Assembly (NCBI GenBank): GCA_964016885.1
Contig: OZ024741.1
Span: forward strand, 96,472,001-96,536,000
Source: Eledone cirrhosa
Taxonomy: Eukaryota
Reading direction: 5' to 3'
DNA: 64,000 nt
This document shows positions 12,761-27,085 of this stretch, piece by piece. Made by a program: the position numbers and the translations under genes. Every line of letters begins with the position of its first letter. The stretch's first letter is position 1. Under the pieces are notes generated by a model. It was not told where the DNA came from, made no database searches, and saw only the letters and a program-made list of their open reading frames with translations.

Positions 12761-13023
12761 CATATATAATTGCGATGCTTCATCATGACCTCAGCCTCTC
12801 TATATATACATATAATAGGGATGTATATGAAAGCATAGGCGATATGTTTACGTCTCGTTATGAATGTCTTAAGCTAGCTGTGATTATGCCACAGTTATCT
12901 CAGCGGCTATTGAAAATATCACACCAATTTCTAGATTTTTATCCGTTATCAGTGATACTCACTCGGTAGTGAAACAAGAATAGGTTGAAACTTATAAGAT
13001 TTTTCTGGTTTTCCTTTGTCTAT

Positions 13024-13151
13024 GAAATATCGACAGCAGATCCTCATTTGCATATAGTGCAAATAAAACACACTATGTTAGTGCTGTTGCTAATTAATTC
13101 TACCCTGTAAATTTAGCACTGTATGCAAATGAGCATCTCGAGCTGATATTT
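13024..13151. repeat. Imperfect inverted repeat (MITE-like) containing octamer motifs
   Basis: aaatatc..agatcctcATTTGCATatagtgcaaat / atttagcactgtATGCAAATgagcatct..gatattt. Confidence 0.55.
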
Positions 13152-13939
13152 TATACGTACAAGCCATATTGTCTCTATATTCCCTAATTTCAGTTTAATT
13201 GGGATTCCTTTTCGCTAACCGGTTATAAGCAAACATTAAAGATATATATATTTTTAGACATTCTCCTGCTTTTATTCGCTTTTCGGCATCATTCAATACA
13301 GTTTACCTCTCTTGGTGTAGCTATAATTTTGAATAATTAAAGGTGGGGTCAGCTTACAGCACTAAGTGTATTTCTTATATTCTATACTTGCCCAGCAGTA
13401 TTCGCTATCCAGGTGTTACAAATAAATGTTTCAATTATAAGCACATGATCAGAAAATTAGGGAGGGAAGCAGTTGAGTAAAGTGACCCTAGTACATGGGT
13501 ATTACTTATTTCATTAAACCCGAAAATATGAAAACAGAAGTTGATCTCAGTTGGATGTGATATCAGAATGTAATGACCATAAGTATATAGAGATAGATCC
13601 CTACATTTACCACCCACTTCCTCGTGAGAAAGCTTAATTTCTCAAGTTGAAGCTAGTTGACGGGTAAACTCGCTTGAATCTGATACATGTCTTGTATATA
13701 TGTTTTGACAACACTTGCAGAAATAAGATACGAATCCAAAAGTAATGGAATTTGAACTCAAATCACGAAGAGTAATAATTACAAACAACTTTGTAATTAC
13801 GTCAGTAGTTTATCATCCCTGCCTTTGCACCGTGTTACCTGTTGCGAATATTGATTTGTTGCGCCCTCCCTAAAAAACGAAAAGAAATATCATATATTTT
13901 TGGTAGTGGTAGGGGTATATTGATTGCAGGAATTTGCTA

Positions 13940-14140
13940 GGAAACCTCTGTATAGATATGTGACGTACTAGAAATAGAAGTTATACCCACCCTGATCCAC
14001 ACTTTGCTATCTTAAGTGAAATAAGGAGATATCTGTTAATGTTGCCCTTGATATACACTGCCTGAATAGAAGAGGGGGTGTTATAGATTGAAACGCCTTT
14101 GATCATAGGTGCACTCAATCAGGGCTGATCAACAACAATA
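13940..14140 (+). mobile_element. Diverged interspersed repeat/SINE (third family; partial copies near 26080-26120, 32660-32700, 57385-57440)
   Basis: Shared blocks ctagaaatag..., gcctttgatcat..., gctgatcaa(caa)n. Confidence 0.45.
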
Positions 14141-15324
14141 GAAATCATGTGTTAACACAAAGAGACACATTTTGAAGAGATGGTTTAGAGGCAATCAATA
14201 TAAATGATTCCGAGAACATTATAAATAATTCATGTATCGAACGGCCACAGGAGGTAATGTAACACAAAATCAACTACCGCGAATTTTGAACTCAGGCCTT
14301 AAAAGTACGTTACTAAATAATATAATGTATTTTTTCCCACATTTTGCTGATTCTGCTATGAACCACCTTTTAACTAAATAGAAATAATGAGTAGAATACT
14401 TTTTCGTTGCATCCAGAAACTAATTAAATTCCCACCACAATATGGATATCTTTAGAAATTATTAGCCATAACGATAATAAAGCAATTTTATATTATATTT
14501 GATTTCTGAGCATTTCTTTCTTGATTTTTTTTTTTTTTTTTTTTCAAAATTCCATTTCAAATAAAATGATAACATGTAATCATAATAAATCCAATACAAA
14601 CTAATAGACAGCTAGAACTGAATGAATATTAATTATTTTTTAATTTCTAAAGACCTGATTTTGTTGGTGTTTCCGTTTAGAAAAGACATCAGGAAATTAA
14701 AGTCAAATTTTCTAAATTGCTTAAATTTATATTCAAATATGGATTTCAGATTTTTCAGTTGATTGAATATAGAAAATTAGTAGCCGAGAGCACAATTTTG
14801 TCTCTTTACTGGCGGCAATGTGCATCATTCTAGGCCGAAGTTATTAATGTTGCCGGTTTATTCTACATATAAATATGTAAAACGTGGTATGTGAATCTCA
14901 CCTCAATAAACAGCCTGTATACTATATAATTAACGTGTGTTTCATTAAACTGTGATGCTTAATTTAATCCTCCCCGAAAGATAATATATTCAATTCTTAT
15001 ATAGTTGCTGGGTTGGTAGAGTTAATTTTGGCCATTTACGTTCTGGATTGAAAATTTGCCGAGATAAACGTTAAGTTTCTTACTACCAGGGGGAAGAAAT
15101 AAAGTGATATTTAATACTAGGTTTGATATAATCCATTGATTATGGTGACTCATATGCTCCTGTTCTTTCAAGCAAGTGGCTTCTGTTGAGAATCTGAACC
15201 GAATCTGTTTAGTGTTGATTGCGCTTTAAGGGAAAACGAATGAACTGGGTTAGTATTAGTTATGAAGAACAGGTGTCCAATGCAAAAATAAATTGTAGTA
15301 AATAGAAGACAGAGATGAATACGA

Positions 15325-15456
15325 AGAAGTAGTAGTAGTATTAATAGTAGTAGTAGTAGTGGTAGTATCAGCAGCAACAGCAACAGCAGCGGCAGCAGTA
15401 GAAGAAGAAGAAGAAGAAGAAGAACAACAACAACAACAACAACAACATCAACAACT

Positions 15457-15490
<34 letters not shown>
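15325..15490. repeat. Compound trinucleotide repeat (AGT)n/(AGC)n/(AGA)n/(ACA)n
   Basis: Directly visible. Confidence 0.95.
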
Positions 15491-16215
15491 AAAGAATACG
15501 ATTTCCAAGTCTTAACAAAGAACAAATGCATCTACAGGTATGATAGATTTTGGACTATGCTATGCTAGCATTATAAAGTACGAACAGCAGGGATATGACA
15601 TAGGCATACACATGAAAGGGTTTCAAAGAATGACAAGGAAGTTATATTGTAGGATATACGCAAACAGGGGTACAAAGGCTAATCGAAAAGGTTCTTATCA
15701 AAGATAACTGGGTAAAAATCTTCTTTCAATTGACACATCAGTCTCAACCGACGATAAGGTATTTCTTTAAAAAATAACAAAAACAAAAACAAAAACAAAA
15801 ACAAAAACAAAAACAAAGAAAAATCAAAAGAAACAAAAACAAAGAGTAAGACGTAAGATGTCTGGCAAGGTAAATAACCCAAACAAAAACAATCCATATG
15901 ACCTTCCAGACTAAATCACCAGAGCTTACAAATATGAACAACAATCAGAAAATCTTACAAACATGTTCTGCGCAAATGTCATGAAATGTATTTTCAATAC
16001 AATTGAAACAATAATACTCAAAGAAAAAACTGCATATATCTAAAGTACACAGAGCAGCAACAGCAATAACAATAACGAGTACTCTGAATCGGTGAAAAGG
16101 AAATGCAGTAGCAACTAGAACAGCACAGTGCCTGGGGTAAAAATATCACAGAACAGCTGCAAGAGAAACAACATCTACTATCACCAGGACAACGGTCAGC
16201 TCTAGCATACCCTCT

Positions 16216-19200
16216 AGGCATAACATCTTTTTAAGGTCCTTCAGTATTATATCAGGTCTATTTGTATCTATTTTTCGGTCTGTTTGGATGCTAAAGTTCC
16301 ACAAGATTGAGATGTGATCTTTTTCAAGTATGGGAGGTGGTTGATGCTCCCACCAATTCTTTTGATGGGGCAGGTCAAAATGCTTACACATTATCCAATG
16401 TATGTATTGTGAAGCTCTGTCATGCCTGCTTAGGTATTCAGTTGGAGCTATAGGACTGCACATTGAAATTATATGATCAATGGTCTCTGGTTGTTTTTTA
16501 CATACACGGCATAATGGGCTGCATCCATTTTTTATTATGTTGGCTTGGTAATTTTTTGTTGGCAGACACTGATCTTGTGCTGATATAATCAGTCCTTCAG
16601 TCTCCAATTTCAGTCCAGAGGATGCCAACCACTGATGGGTTAAAATTTTGTCAACATCAGGATTGTTAGCTCGTTCTGGGTATTTTCCATACAGAGGCTT
16701 TTCTTGCCATTTCTTAGCCAGTTTCTGTAGCAGTTCTTTCTTGCAGTTACTTTTACCTGCTTTTCTTTTTCTGTATTTTCCATTTCAGCAGTAAATGGGA
16801 CTTCTGAAATTTGTAGTCCATTACTGTATCTTTGTGCATCTTTTGTAATGGAGTATGATCTTTTGATGCTTTCGTGTTTCAAAGCGAGTTTGATCATCCA
16901 ATCATGTGATTCCCTTAGATATGTAGATAATCCAATTGTTGCAGTTTTCAGCGCAATATCTAACTGGAGTAACCCACGTCCTCCTTCTTTCCTATGGAGA
17001 TATATTCTATCTGTATCTGCCTTAGGGTGATGCACTCTGTGCATGGTTAAGAATTTTCGAATTTTTGTATCGAGCCTACGGATCTCTGTGCTTGACCAGT
17101 TGATGACATTGTAACTGTAGGTTACTACTGGTATGGCAAGCGTGTTTATGGCATCGATCCTATTCCTTGCATTCAATTCCGTTCTTAAGATTTATCTTAC
17201 TCTGCGGTAACATTCCTTCCTTATCCTTTCCCTCATTGTAGAGTGCTTGATTCCGTCTCCTTCACAAACACCTAGATATTTGTAAGTTTCCTCTTGATCA
17301 AGTTCTCTTATCACATACCCCCGATCAAGATTAATGTCTGAACTTTTCAGCAGCTTTCCTTGGCGCATTTATCTAGTCCAAACTCCATTTTAATGTCATC
17401 ACTGAACTGCTCCACAGTGGATAATAGCCCTTGCAATTGTCCATCATTTTTTGCAAATAGTTTCAGGTCATCCATGTAGAACAAGTGATTAATGGTTTTG
17501 TCATAGACTTTATATCCATGTTTTGTTTCATTGAGCATTTTACTTAATGGTATAAGTGCGATGCAGAATAAAAGCGGTGATAAAGAGTCACCCTGAAAAA
17601 TTCCACAATTAATATTAACTTCTCCAGCTTCCAGTGATTTTGTTTCACTATTCAAAAGGAGTGTCGTTTTCCATGTCTTCATATTGAATGACAAAAACCT
17701 CCTGACAACGGGAGATATTTTGAAAATCTCTAAACATTTTTCAATCCAACTGTGTGGCAAACTATCGAATGCTTTTTTATAATCTATCCAAGCAATCGAT
17801 AGATTTTTGTGTGTATTATGACAATCTTCCAGTATCATTTTGTTAACCAAAAACTGATCCTTACAGTTACATGAGCCTCGTTTACACCCTTTCTGCTCAA
17901 TGGGAAATAGGTCATTTGTTAACAGATGGTCATATGTATATTCAGTTAGGACTGATGTTAAAATTTTATACATTGTGGTTAAGCAAATTATCAGTCTGTA
18001 ATTTTGGGGTTTGTTTGTCTCATAATTCTTCGGAAGCAGGAATGTAATGCCGTTAACTAGCCATGATGGTATCTTTTCTGGCTCCTTAACTATTTCATTG
18101 CAAAGTTGGGCTAACAGCTCATGAGACTCTCTGAAGGCATTTATCAAAAGATTTTGTATTTTGTCTTTTCCTGGGATTTCTATTTGCTGGTTTTTCTAAG
18201 AGCCAAACGCAACTGTTCAACTGTTATATTTTCCCATATTTGTTCCTCAAGGTGAGCTGTATCTTTCATTTGTCTGTCACTCCATGGGGCATGTATATTA
18301 TGAACTTTTTCTTCGGCCCAGATCTTTTCCCAGAATTCTTTCACTTCCTCCTTGGGTGGTATTGATTTAGCAGTTATTGTTGACTTATCAATTTTTCTGT
18401 AGAAGTTTCTTTGGTTGTTTTTGAACATATTATTGTCCTTATAGAATCTAGATCGTTTTTCAAAGCGCCTTATACGAGCAGCTTTGGCCGACACTTTTTG
18501 CTTGATTATTTCTATCAGCATGTCTATGTCACTTGTTGATTTTATACTGTACTTTCTTTTCAATTTTCTAAGTTTCGTTTGTTTAACATGTTCACCTACT
18601 TTATAGTTTGTTAAAATTTCTATGTCAGATCGGAGAACGTTTATTTGGCGATTGATGTTCTCTTGCCAAGTAGATTTCTTGTGGGAATTCCTTTGTTTTT
18701 TCATTTTCACTCCACATAAGTGAGTGGTAACTTTAGCCGATGCATAATAGAGATGATTTAAATCAGTAATGTTTAGTTTTGTTTGTGATGATAATGTTTT
18801 TGAGAATTATGTTAGTCTTGTGTATTATCTTTTGGTTCTGTTTGGAGTTCTGGATCTTAGGGAGGGTGTCTCGTTCCCCCATGTCAGATTCTTTCATTTT
18901 CATCCATTCGATCATAATTTCATCCTTCAAGTTGGCAAGTTCATTCTCATTCATTTCTTTATCATTTACGATCTCATTATTTTCATTTTGAGTTTCATCT
19001 TGAGCATGCACTCCCTCCACTTTTTCGATCCTTTCTTTAATTTGTTCTGTTGTCCGCCCCAACCCTGGGATTCGAAGTGTTACAATTTACCTCGTTTTCA
19101 CTGACACATGTTTCATTTTGCCTTCGCTGACTTTGTGCTAATAGCTTGATCTGATCAATTTCTATATCCGTTAGTAACTTTTTTTTAACAATATTTCTTC

Positions 19201-19470
19201 GTATATTGGCTAGTTTGTTACTGTCAATATAGCCTCTGTTTCCGGGATGTTTCTTTTTCCAGTTGATATATGTCTGTTCTGTATTCGATGTATTTGATGG
19301 ATAGTACATGGCAGTGTAGAAAGCCTCAATGACTTCTTTATTATCTTCCCTTGACCATTTTTCTATCTTTTTCTTTGGATTTCTTGGTGGTGAGCATGGA
19401 GGGCCATCAGTAGGAGAATTCCGGTTATGGGAGGTTTCCAGGTATACAGTCTCTGAACCACTGCGAATTA
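16216..19470 (-). mobile_element. R4/Dong-type LINE, family A, decayed by frameshifts and stops; lacks its 3' end
   Basis: N-terminal KWSREDNKEVIEAFY..LANIRRNI, RT (EQKGCKRGS, WIDYKKAFDS, GIFQGDSLSPLLF, FYMDDLKL), CCHC CRVC..ETIDHIISMC, RHD, NRPDII. Homology to the 63.2-64 kb copy stops at ~16216. Confidence 0.9.
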
Positions 19471-20034
19471 TACGATAGACGCGTGTTCTCTATATATATA
19501 TTGCGTCTCATGGATTATGTGAGTGGTGGTGTGAGCAAGGACAGTGGTACGATCTTGCCTACGATACAATAAGGTTTATAGTATGTTGAAGGTTTTTGAT
19601 ATTTTGGTGTTTCCCCGCATCCGAGACTGTATATCATACAGATGTATGAGAATAAATGACTTAATAATTCAGCCTATATAATAAGATCGATTGCCTGCTT
19701 CAACTGCCTGACCCTGCAAATATCATTCTGACGCACTCTAATCATGTATAGATAAGACACGCGTGCATGCTACACGGGAGATTGTTTCATACACTGACTA
19801 CTCTAAGCTTTCCTCTTGCTTTATCTTCATAGAATGCCAACGCTTCATGTTTATCTTTATTTTCACTCTTATTTTCACTCTTGTTTTTATTTTATTTTAT
19901 TTTTATCCTGTAACCTTTATATGTAAATTGCCATGCTATATCATTTGATGAATGTCACCCCACTGTTGATCAATATGCGCATATGTTTTATGTGTCTCTT
20001 GGGTTGAAAAGGAGGTCAAGTATATTATAAATAG

Positions 20035-20083
20035 TTGCTCCGAAGAATCCAAACCTCGGTTTGGAGGAAACAATTGTAAGCAA
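20035..20083 (+). ncRNA. Minimal type I hammerhead ribozyme-like motif (two core deviations) in a TA-flanked Penelope-like terminal repeat
   Basis: TTGCT-CCGAAGA-A-TCCAAACC-TC-GGTTTGGA-G-GAAA-CAATTG-TA-AGCAA, followed by AATAAA. Confidence 0.6.
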
Positions 20084-20117
20084 ATAAATGACTTAAACTG
20101 AACTTTGATTACTGTAA

Positions 20118-20495
<378 letters not shown>

Positions 20496-20585
20496 TATTG
20501 TATTATAAGGGGCTCGGGGTTCCTTCTCCTTTGAGCATATTACTGATAGGGAATAGCGAGAGAATCTATGGCTCCTTTAATTTAT

Positions 20586-20658
<73 letters not shown>

Positions 20659-20934
20659 AGATTGAAGAGAAACATGGTCGGCTGTACAACAAGGGGCTTT
20701 ATTTCAGGTATTAACAATTGTTTCATTGATCAGGTGAGTCTAGAGGCCGCTAATCTTTCGAAGTTGCGTCACTCGATCTCCAATACATTATTTACCTCTG
20801 ATCAAATCATATCGGAAGTATTGAAATTTAAATCTTTTAAAAGAAGTGAATATTGAAATAGGCAATAAAATTTATTTATGTTTAATCATGTCTTACGAAA
20901 TTTAGTACATAAATTATGTAATATTCATTCATTA

Positions 20935-21025
20935 TTTGCCTTTCATCTTTACGGGGTCGATAAAATAAAGTACCAGTAATACACTGGGTATTTGCTGGTC
21001 TTGTGCCTAACGTAGAAACAATTAT
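20935..21025 (+). mobile_element. SINE S1, 5'-truncated
   Basis: ttgcctttcatctttacggggtcgataaaa..ttgtgcctaacgtagaaacaatt. Confidence 0.8.
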
Positions 21026-21671
21026 TTATTCAAGGTAATCCTTTACTAACGGATTAAAACTAACGGGATTAAAAAAATTATTCTGGACGCTGTCCTGCAC
21101 TCCCCATTTATTATAGTTAAGATATATGGCTTGTATATAGCATACATATTATTATATTTTATATATTATGTTTTAATATTAAATATTTTTAATGCGTCTT
21201 ATGCTCTGAATAACGAGCTACTTAATTTAACAGCAATATTTGGAAATCGAGAAATGAGACGACCATTATTATTACTTCGTATCTGCATCAAGTACTCGTT
21301 TTCTTTTCGAATAATTCCCTCAACATTGGGATTGCAAATATGAGAATTCTTTGTGAGACTAGAAATATGTGAGACTAGAAATACTAAGAACAGTTTTTGT
21401 AGTATTTGCAGGAAATTTGTTATGAGAACGTTTGTTACGAGAAGATTTATTTTATTTTAGTACTTTCTAGAAGAATATTTATTTAGATGTGGCTTAGGAT
21501 GTTTGTGTATGTAACAAGAGCCATGTCTTAAATATATACGTCCTATAATGTGTGGAAAATTGAAGATATATTGTGTGTTAGAGACTGATAAATGGTGAAT
21601 AGTATTTCAACAAAGACAATTTTAGAAAGTGTGTAAAATGCAAATTATGTCTATGATAAGAGTGTATTATA

Positions 21672-21850
21672 GCAGTATCGGTAGAGGGTTGGACGCCATG
21701 CTTTCTAGCATAGTTACGTCCCTCTACGATCTGAGTTCAAATCCTGTCGACGTCAACTTTGCCTTTCATCCTTACGGGGTCGATAAAATAAAGTACCAAT
21801 AATGTACTGGGTAATTGTTGGCCTTGTGCCAAAAGTAGAAACAATCATAA
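21672..21850 (+). mobile_element. SINE S1
   Basis: Consensus match with B-box GAGTTCAAATCC. Confidence 0.88.
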
Positions 21851-22899
21851 TTAGTCACTTTGACGAAATTGAGAATTTTTGTTGTATATTGCTAAATAAT
21901 TTTCTTAATATTTGTAGCATTTGCCTCCCAATTAAAGAACTATTTTGAGGATATATTTGACCACTGTTCATAAATGTAGTGTTATAATTGTACATCTTAT
22001 GTTTAGTTTGCATGTGAATGATGCATATGAACATAATATAGTGGCGGGTTTAAATCAGATGAGTTTTGTTAAACGTGACATCAAGTATATCATATTTCCA
22101 CTAGAAATATAATGCTTTAATGGTGGGATTTAATGAAAAAGATAGTGAAGTTAATATGAATAACAGTGGTGCGATACCCATAACGTCTCAGAAAATATTT
22201 ATTATTATATTATGTGGTGAAAGTGAAGGAAAAGTATTTCAATCAGGTACTGAAATGAAACTCCATTGAGGCAGCTTCAATGTTCCGAGTCACATTTTCT
22301 GCTGCGCAGTTCTCGCAAACGTCTTCTATATTCATTATTGTGAGACAAAATATATTGGAAAGCAAAATGGTTATAATCATTTTGTATCAATGATAGCGTA
22401 ATGCAGCATGACACGTCGAAGTCTTAATTCAAAGAGAAAATGCAGTGAAAATTGATAGTCTTTAGTTTCATATCAAAATAAAGTAACGTAAAACCTTTTG
22501 ATGTTTTGTCAATTGGCGAGAAAATATCATGAATAATCGTGTTATTTTGTTTTAGCTAGTTTCAATAGTTTTTCTTTGGTTTTGTTTTATCTTTATGAGT
22601 ATTTTAGTATATATTATTGTTTTTATACGTTATTTTCATGTATAGTTTACTCTGTTTAAGCTAGCACGAATTAAAGATTAACAGTGGTAGTATTGGGCAT
22701 GGTGCTAGTATTGGGCATGGTGCTACAGTGAGAAACTGTCAAATAAAATCAATGTTCTGCTGTGTGAAATTGCCCGTGGGTAAAGAAAGGAAGTATACAT
22801 AGATACACACACATACGTATAAATAAATAAACACACATGCACATACAGAGAAAGTGTGAGGATAAATACGCAAACACACACACACATATATATATATAT

Positions 22900-23250
22900 A
22901 TTGTTATATTTGGGGACTGTCATATTGTTATAATATTAACAGAAATAATAATGATTTCTAGTATAGGCACAAGGCCAGTAATTTGGTGGGAAGGGTAAGT
23001 TGATGAAATCAACCCCAGTGCGTGACTGGTACTTTATTTTATCGACCCCGTAAGGATGAAAGGCAAAGTTAACATCGGCGGGAATTACCAGAAATAATGA
23101 TAAAACACACTCACTGTTTGGTTTAGATAGGTTTTCGCTTCTGTATCTTTTATATCTCCATAGTTAATTTATCGGGCAATCAATGCTTATCATTGATTGA
23201 CCAACGATAAAAATACAGATATGAATATATATATATATAGTCTATCAAAG
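22900..23250 (+). repeat. TA-flanked interspersed repeat (second copy 42110-42315), interrupted here by a SINE
   Basis: ttgttatatttgggga..gtcatatt..aacacactcactgtttggtt..ggttttcgcttctgt..tgaccaacg..aaaatacagata..tagtctatcaa is shared with 42110-42315. Confidence 0.75.
22949..23083 (-). mobile_element. SINE S1, 5'-truncated, with probable target-site duplication
   Basis: Consensus match. Flanks attaacagaaataat / attaccagaaataat. Confidence 0.8.
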
Positions 23251-23390
23251 TTCTTTCCTTACACATCTGTGACATCATCAGTGGTACTATTACGTTTCCT
23301 CCCGTTGTATTGTAATGTCTACACCATTTTTATTTAGTTTATTTATATATTTATTCTTGTCAATGTCTCTGTTTGCGCGTGTATATATAT

Positions 23391-23536
<146 letters not shown>

Positions 23537-23680
23537 CGAAAGAGCTAGATAGTCCAAAAATAGCCGTCGAAACGGCTTCAGCTCTGCCGTCGGTGTCATA
23601 CATTTTCCTATATATATATATACATATATACGAGTACATATCTTTATATATGCATATATACATACGTATAAATATATATA

Positions 23681-23762
23681 CCTGTAATGGCGCCGTTAAA
23701 AGACCTAATTTTCTTATATATATATATAAGAAAATTAGGTCTTTTAACGGCGCCATTACAGG
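23681..23762. repeat. Perfect 82-bp palindrome centred on a short TA run
   Basis: cctgtaatggcgccgttaaaagacctaattttct(ta)n agaaaattaggtcttttaacggcgccattacagg. Confidence 0.92.
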
Positions 23763-24007
23763 CACGTACACACACACACATACACACATATAGATATATA
23801 TATATTCATATCATACGTATTTCAGTCATGGTAGGCTCTTCTTATTTATCGACAACGACATTGTGAAAGTAAAAGTTGACCACGGTGGGATTTGAACTCC
23901 GAGCGCACAAGACCAATACAAATATCGAATAATTTAATCTCACGCTCTAATGGCACTGCCATTTGTATTTAGTGTTGAACATCAACGTTCCGGTGGTCTG
24001 TAAACAT

Positions 24008-24125
<118 letters not shown>

Positions 24126-24875
24126 AAGTACGCACACTCACACAGATAGACAAATGAACATTTAATGAACCATAAGAAGAAAACACCGATTTCTTCAAAT
24201 GTTTCTCGAAATTTCTCAAATGTTATCTTCATCATTCCTTGTTAACGCCTTATATCCTAACCTTTTCAACTGATGCCCTAATACCTGATAAATGCTCATC
24301 TTTCCCCGGAGCCTTTTCACCTGGAACTGTTTATTCTGTCGTATCCACCTGCGTAATAAGCCATTGGATTTTACTTTTCATTCTTTCTCTTTCTTCCTTG
24401 CCTCCTTTCTTTTACTTTTCATTTCTTCTGCCTTTGATAAGTTCCGATATACAAGGCAAGGTTAAAGAATCTCTCTTCAATTCGATATGACAAGGAATAG
24501 AATGTGAAACATCAAAAGGAAAGTGGTAGAATGGTTTGACATTTAGAAGCAATGTAGATATTTCCGATCGTTAATATAAAATGCTGGCATTTGTGGAAAG
24601 GAAATTCGGGATGGAGACTTTGTAGTGTTTCACCTCTTAGTATTGGTATTTTAATTCCAAGCGCTCTCTGGACCGATTTTCTTGCTTGCTTGTTTGAAAT
24701 ATTGTATCATTGGATAACAGTTAGCTAATATAAGATTTCATTGGACCCATTGGATTACACAAGATAAACGAGATGACATATCTGCTACCCTATAACGTAT
24801 TAGATCCATTACACGTGCATAAAAGATAAGTTGATCAATGAGGATCTGAAGCTAAACTACTACCTTTTCAACTAC

Positions 24876-24915
<40 letters not shown>

Positions 24916-26897
24916 CAAACACACACTCCCAAAACACATTCATGCAGACACACATACGGCGAATTATCAGAGATGTTAGAACGTATGACAAAATGCCTTG
25001 AGTAAACCGTTCTGGCTTTCTGTGCTCCCGGCGAGATCAACTTCACTTTTCATCCTTTCAGTGCCAATAGGAGAAAGTGATGGATTGGCGGAATTCTCAA
25101 AGAGTTGAAAGAGTTGCCTGGCAACATTTATGTTGGCATTTTGTGATCTGAGTTCAAATCCCACTGTGGCATACGCGGGTGGCATACCTAATTAGTCATC
25201 CGTTTTAAAAACTCTACCTGTCTAATGGGTCACTGGAGCGGTGTAAACTATATTGCACGCATTAGAAAAGTTTTAGAATATCTTCCTTCTCGGAGAGTCT
25301 AGAAAATTTCAGGGATGGCATTGCCTTCCCTGCTGAGGAATAGTTGAACAATATTTTACTGCATACATCTGCACAAATAAAAGAAAAATGCCCACATACA
25401 CGTAACTAAAAGGTAAATACAAATAGAAACACATACAGAGATAGCTGCAGTTGATAGAAATTCCTAAACTATACAGCGATGAATAATGTTTTCTGATTTA
25501 CGCAGAAGGCCGATAAATTTGGTGGGAAAGAAGGGAGAGTTGGTTGAATCGACGGCAGTGTATTACTGGTGCTTTCTTTCAATGACTCCCTAAAGATGAA
25601 AGCCAAAGCTAACCTTGACTGGATGTGACATTCATTTCGTCAACAAGACCACCCGCAGCATGAGAGAAGGTTGATTGATTGAGTGAAGCATTTGGATCCC
25701 ATTGTGGTAGATGTCAACCGGCTTAGTGTGGCCACTAGGTACTAGATCGATTTGTTGTAAATAATATGTAACTCACTTGATCATGCTGATATTGGTGATG
25801 GTATTGTTTGCTATCGTATCATTTTATTATGTTTTTTTTTCCGTTATTACTGCTACTGATAGTAGGGGATGGTGTTGGTGTCACTGTGGAGGTGATAATA
25901 ATGGTAGTAATAGTAGTTTAATGCTTGGTTTTGTTTCTGGTTTATAACCACATAATAACAATAACAATGATGACAATATTAACAATAATAATGTACACGT
26001 ATGATCAAATATTTTCAAGTCTTTAGCACACAGCCTTTTTTTCAAAGACATTGTGTTCTTTTCGGATGTGAAGGGCTGAACTGTGATTTGAGGGAGATTT
26101 AGCAGCTATATCTAGCAAGTTAAAGCTGCCTTCTTCCTTGCTTTGTCATTTATATTGTTTATCGTGAAGACTTTATATATTTATTCCAGATTGAAATTCT
26201 AAATCATACCCAATATTTACAGCTATCATTCTCTTTATAGGAGAATTATGTCGATCCATTGACAGTGTAATATAACACTGAGGTTTAACACATAATTAAA
26301 TTCCTATAATTCTACTATATATTTAACCATTTAATCGCTTAATTCTACTAAATTTTATTCTAAATCCTAAGCCATTCACTGAAGATGAATATTTATTATT
26401 GTAATCTCCGTAGACCCGTATAGTAAACTTCCGTTTGAAAATTGAAAATGAAATTAGAATTCTCTCATTAAATCTGAAAATTTTCATCATACATTTTTCT
26501 AATGTGTTTTCTGTTTTTAAAGCAATTTTATTATTTTAAAAATATATTTGGTATCTTTTTGTATTGTTCGCATTTCACCTTAAAAAAAAAACAATTAAAA
26601 CAAGAAAAAAATTTCCAATTTAGCATTAAACCTTTTACATTACTTAATGACTTAACTAAATCATCATGAAACCAGCCCATAATATTGTATTTGGAGAAGA
26701 ATGAATATATAACTTTTGTAATAATATCCAACACTCGTCTCCAATGTTTCTTATTTTCCTTCGAACTGTCCTATGTTCAGACAGTCCTTGAGCATTGTTA
26801 CACTAGAAAAAAAAACACACATAGTATTATTGTTTATAATAATTTTATTTTCGTTTGTAATGTTGGCTGCATATGTTTGTTCGATATTATATTTTAA

Positions 26898-27085
26898 GGC
26901 AGTGGATTGGCAGTATCGACAGAAGGTCTGACGCCATGCTTTGCAGCAAAGAGTTACGGCCCTTTATGGTCTGAGTTCAAATCCCGCCAAGGTTAACTTT
27001 TCCTTTCATCCTTAAGGGGTCGATAAAATAAAGCACAAGTAATGCACTGGAATAATTGCTGGCCTTGTGCCAAAAATAGAAATGT
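26898..27085 (+). mobile_element. SINE S1
   Basis: ggcagtggattggcagtatcg..ctgagttcaaatcccgcc..ggccttgtgccaaaaatagaaa. Confidence 0.88.
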
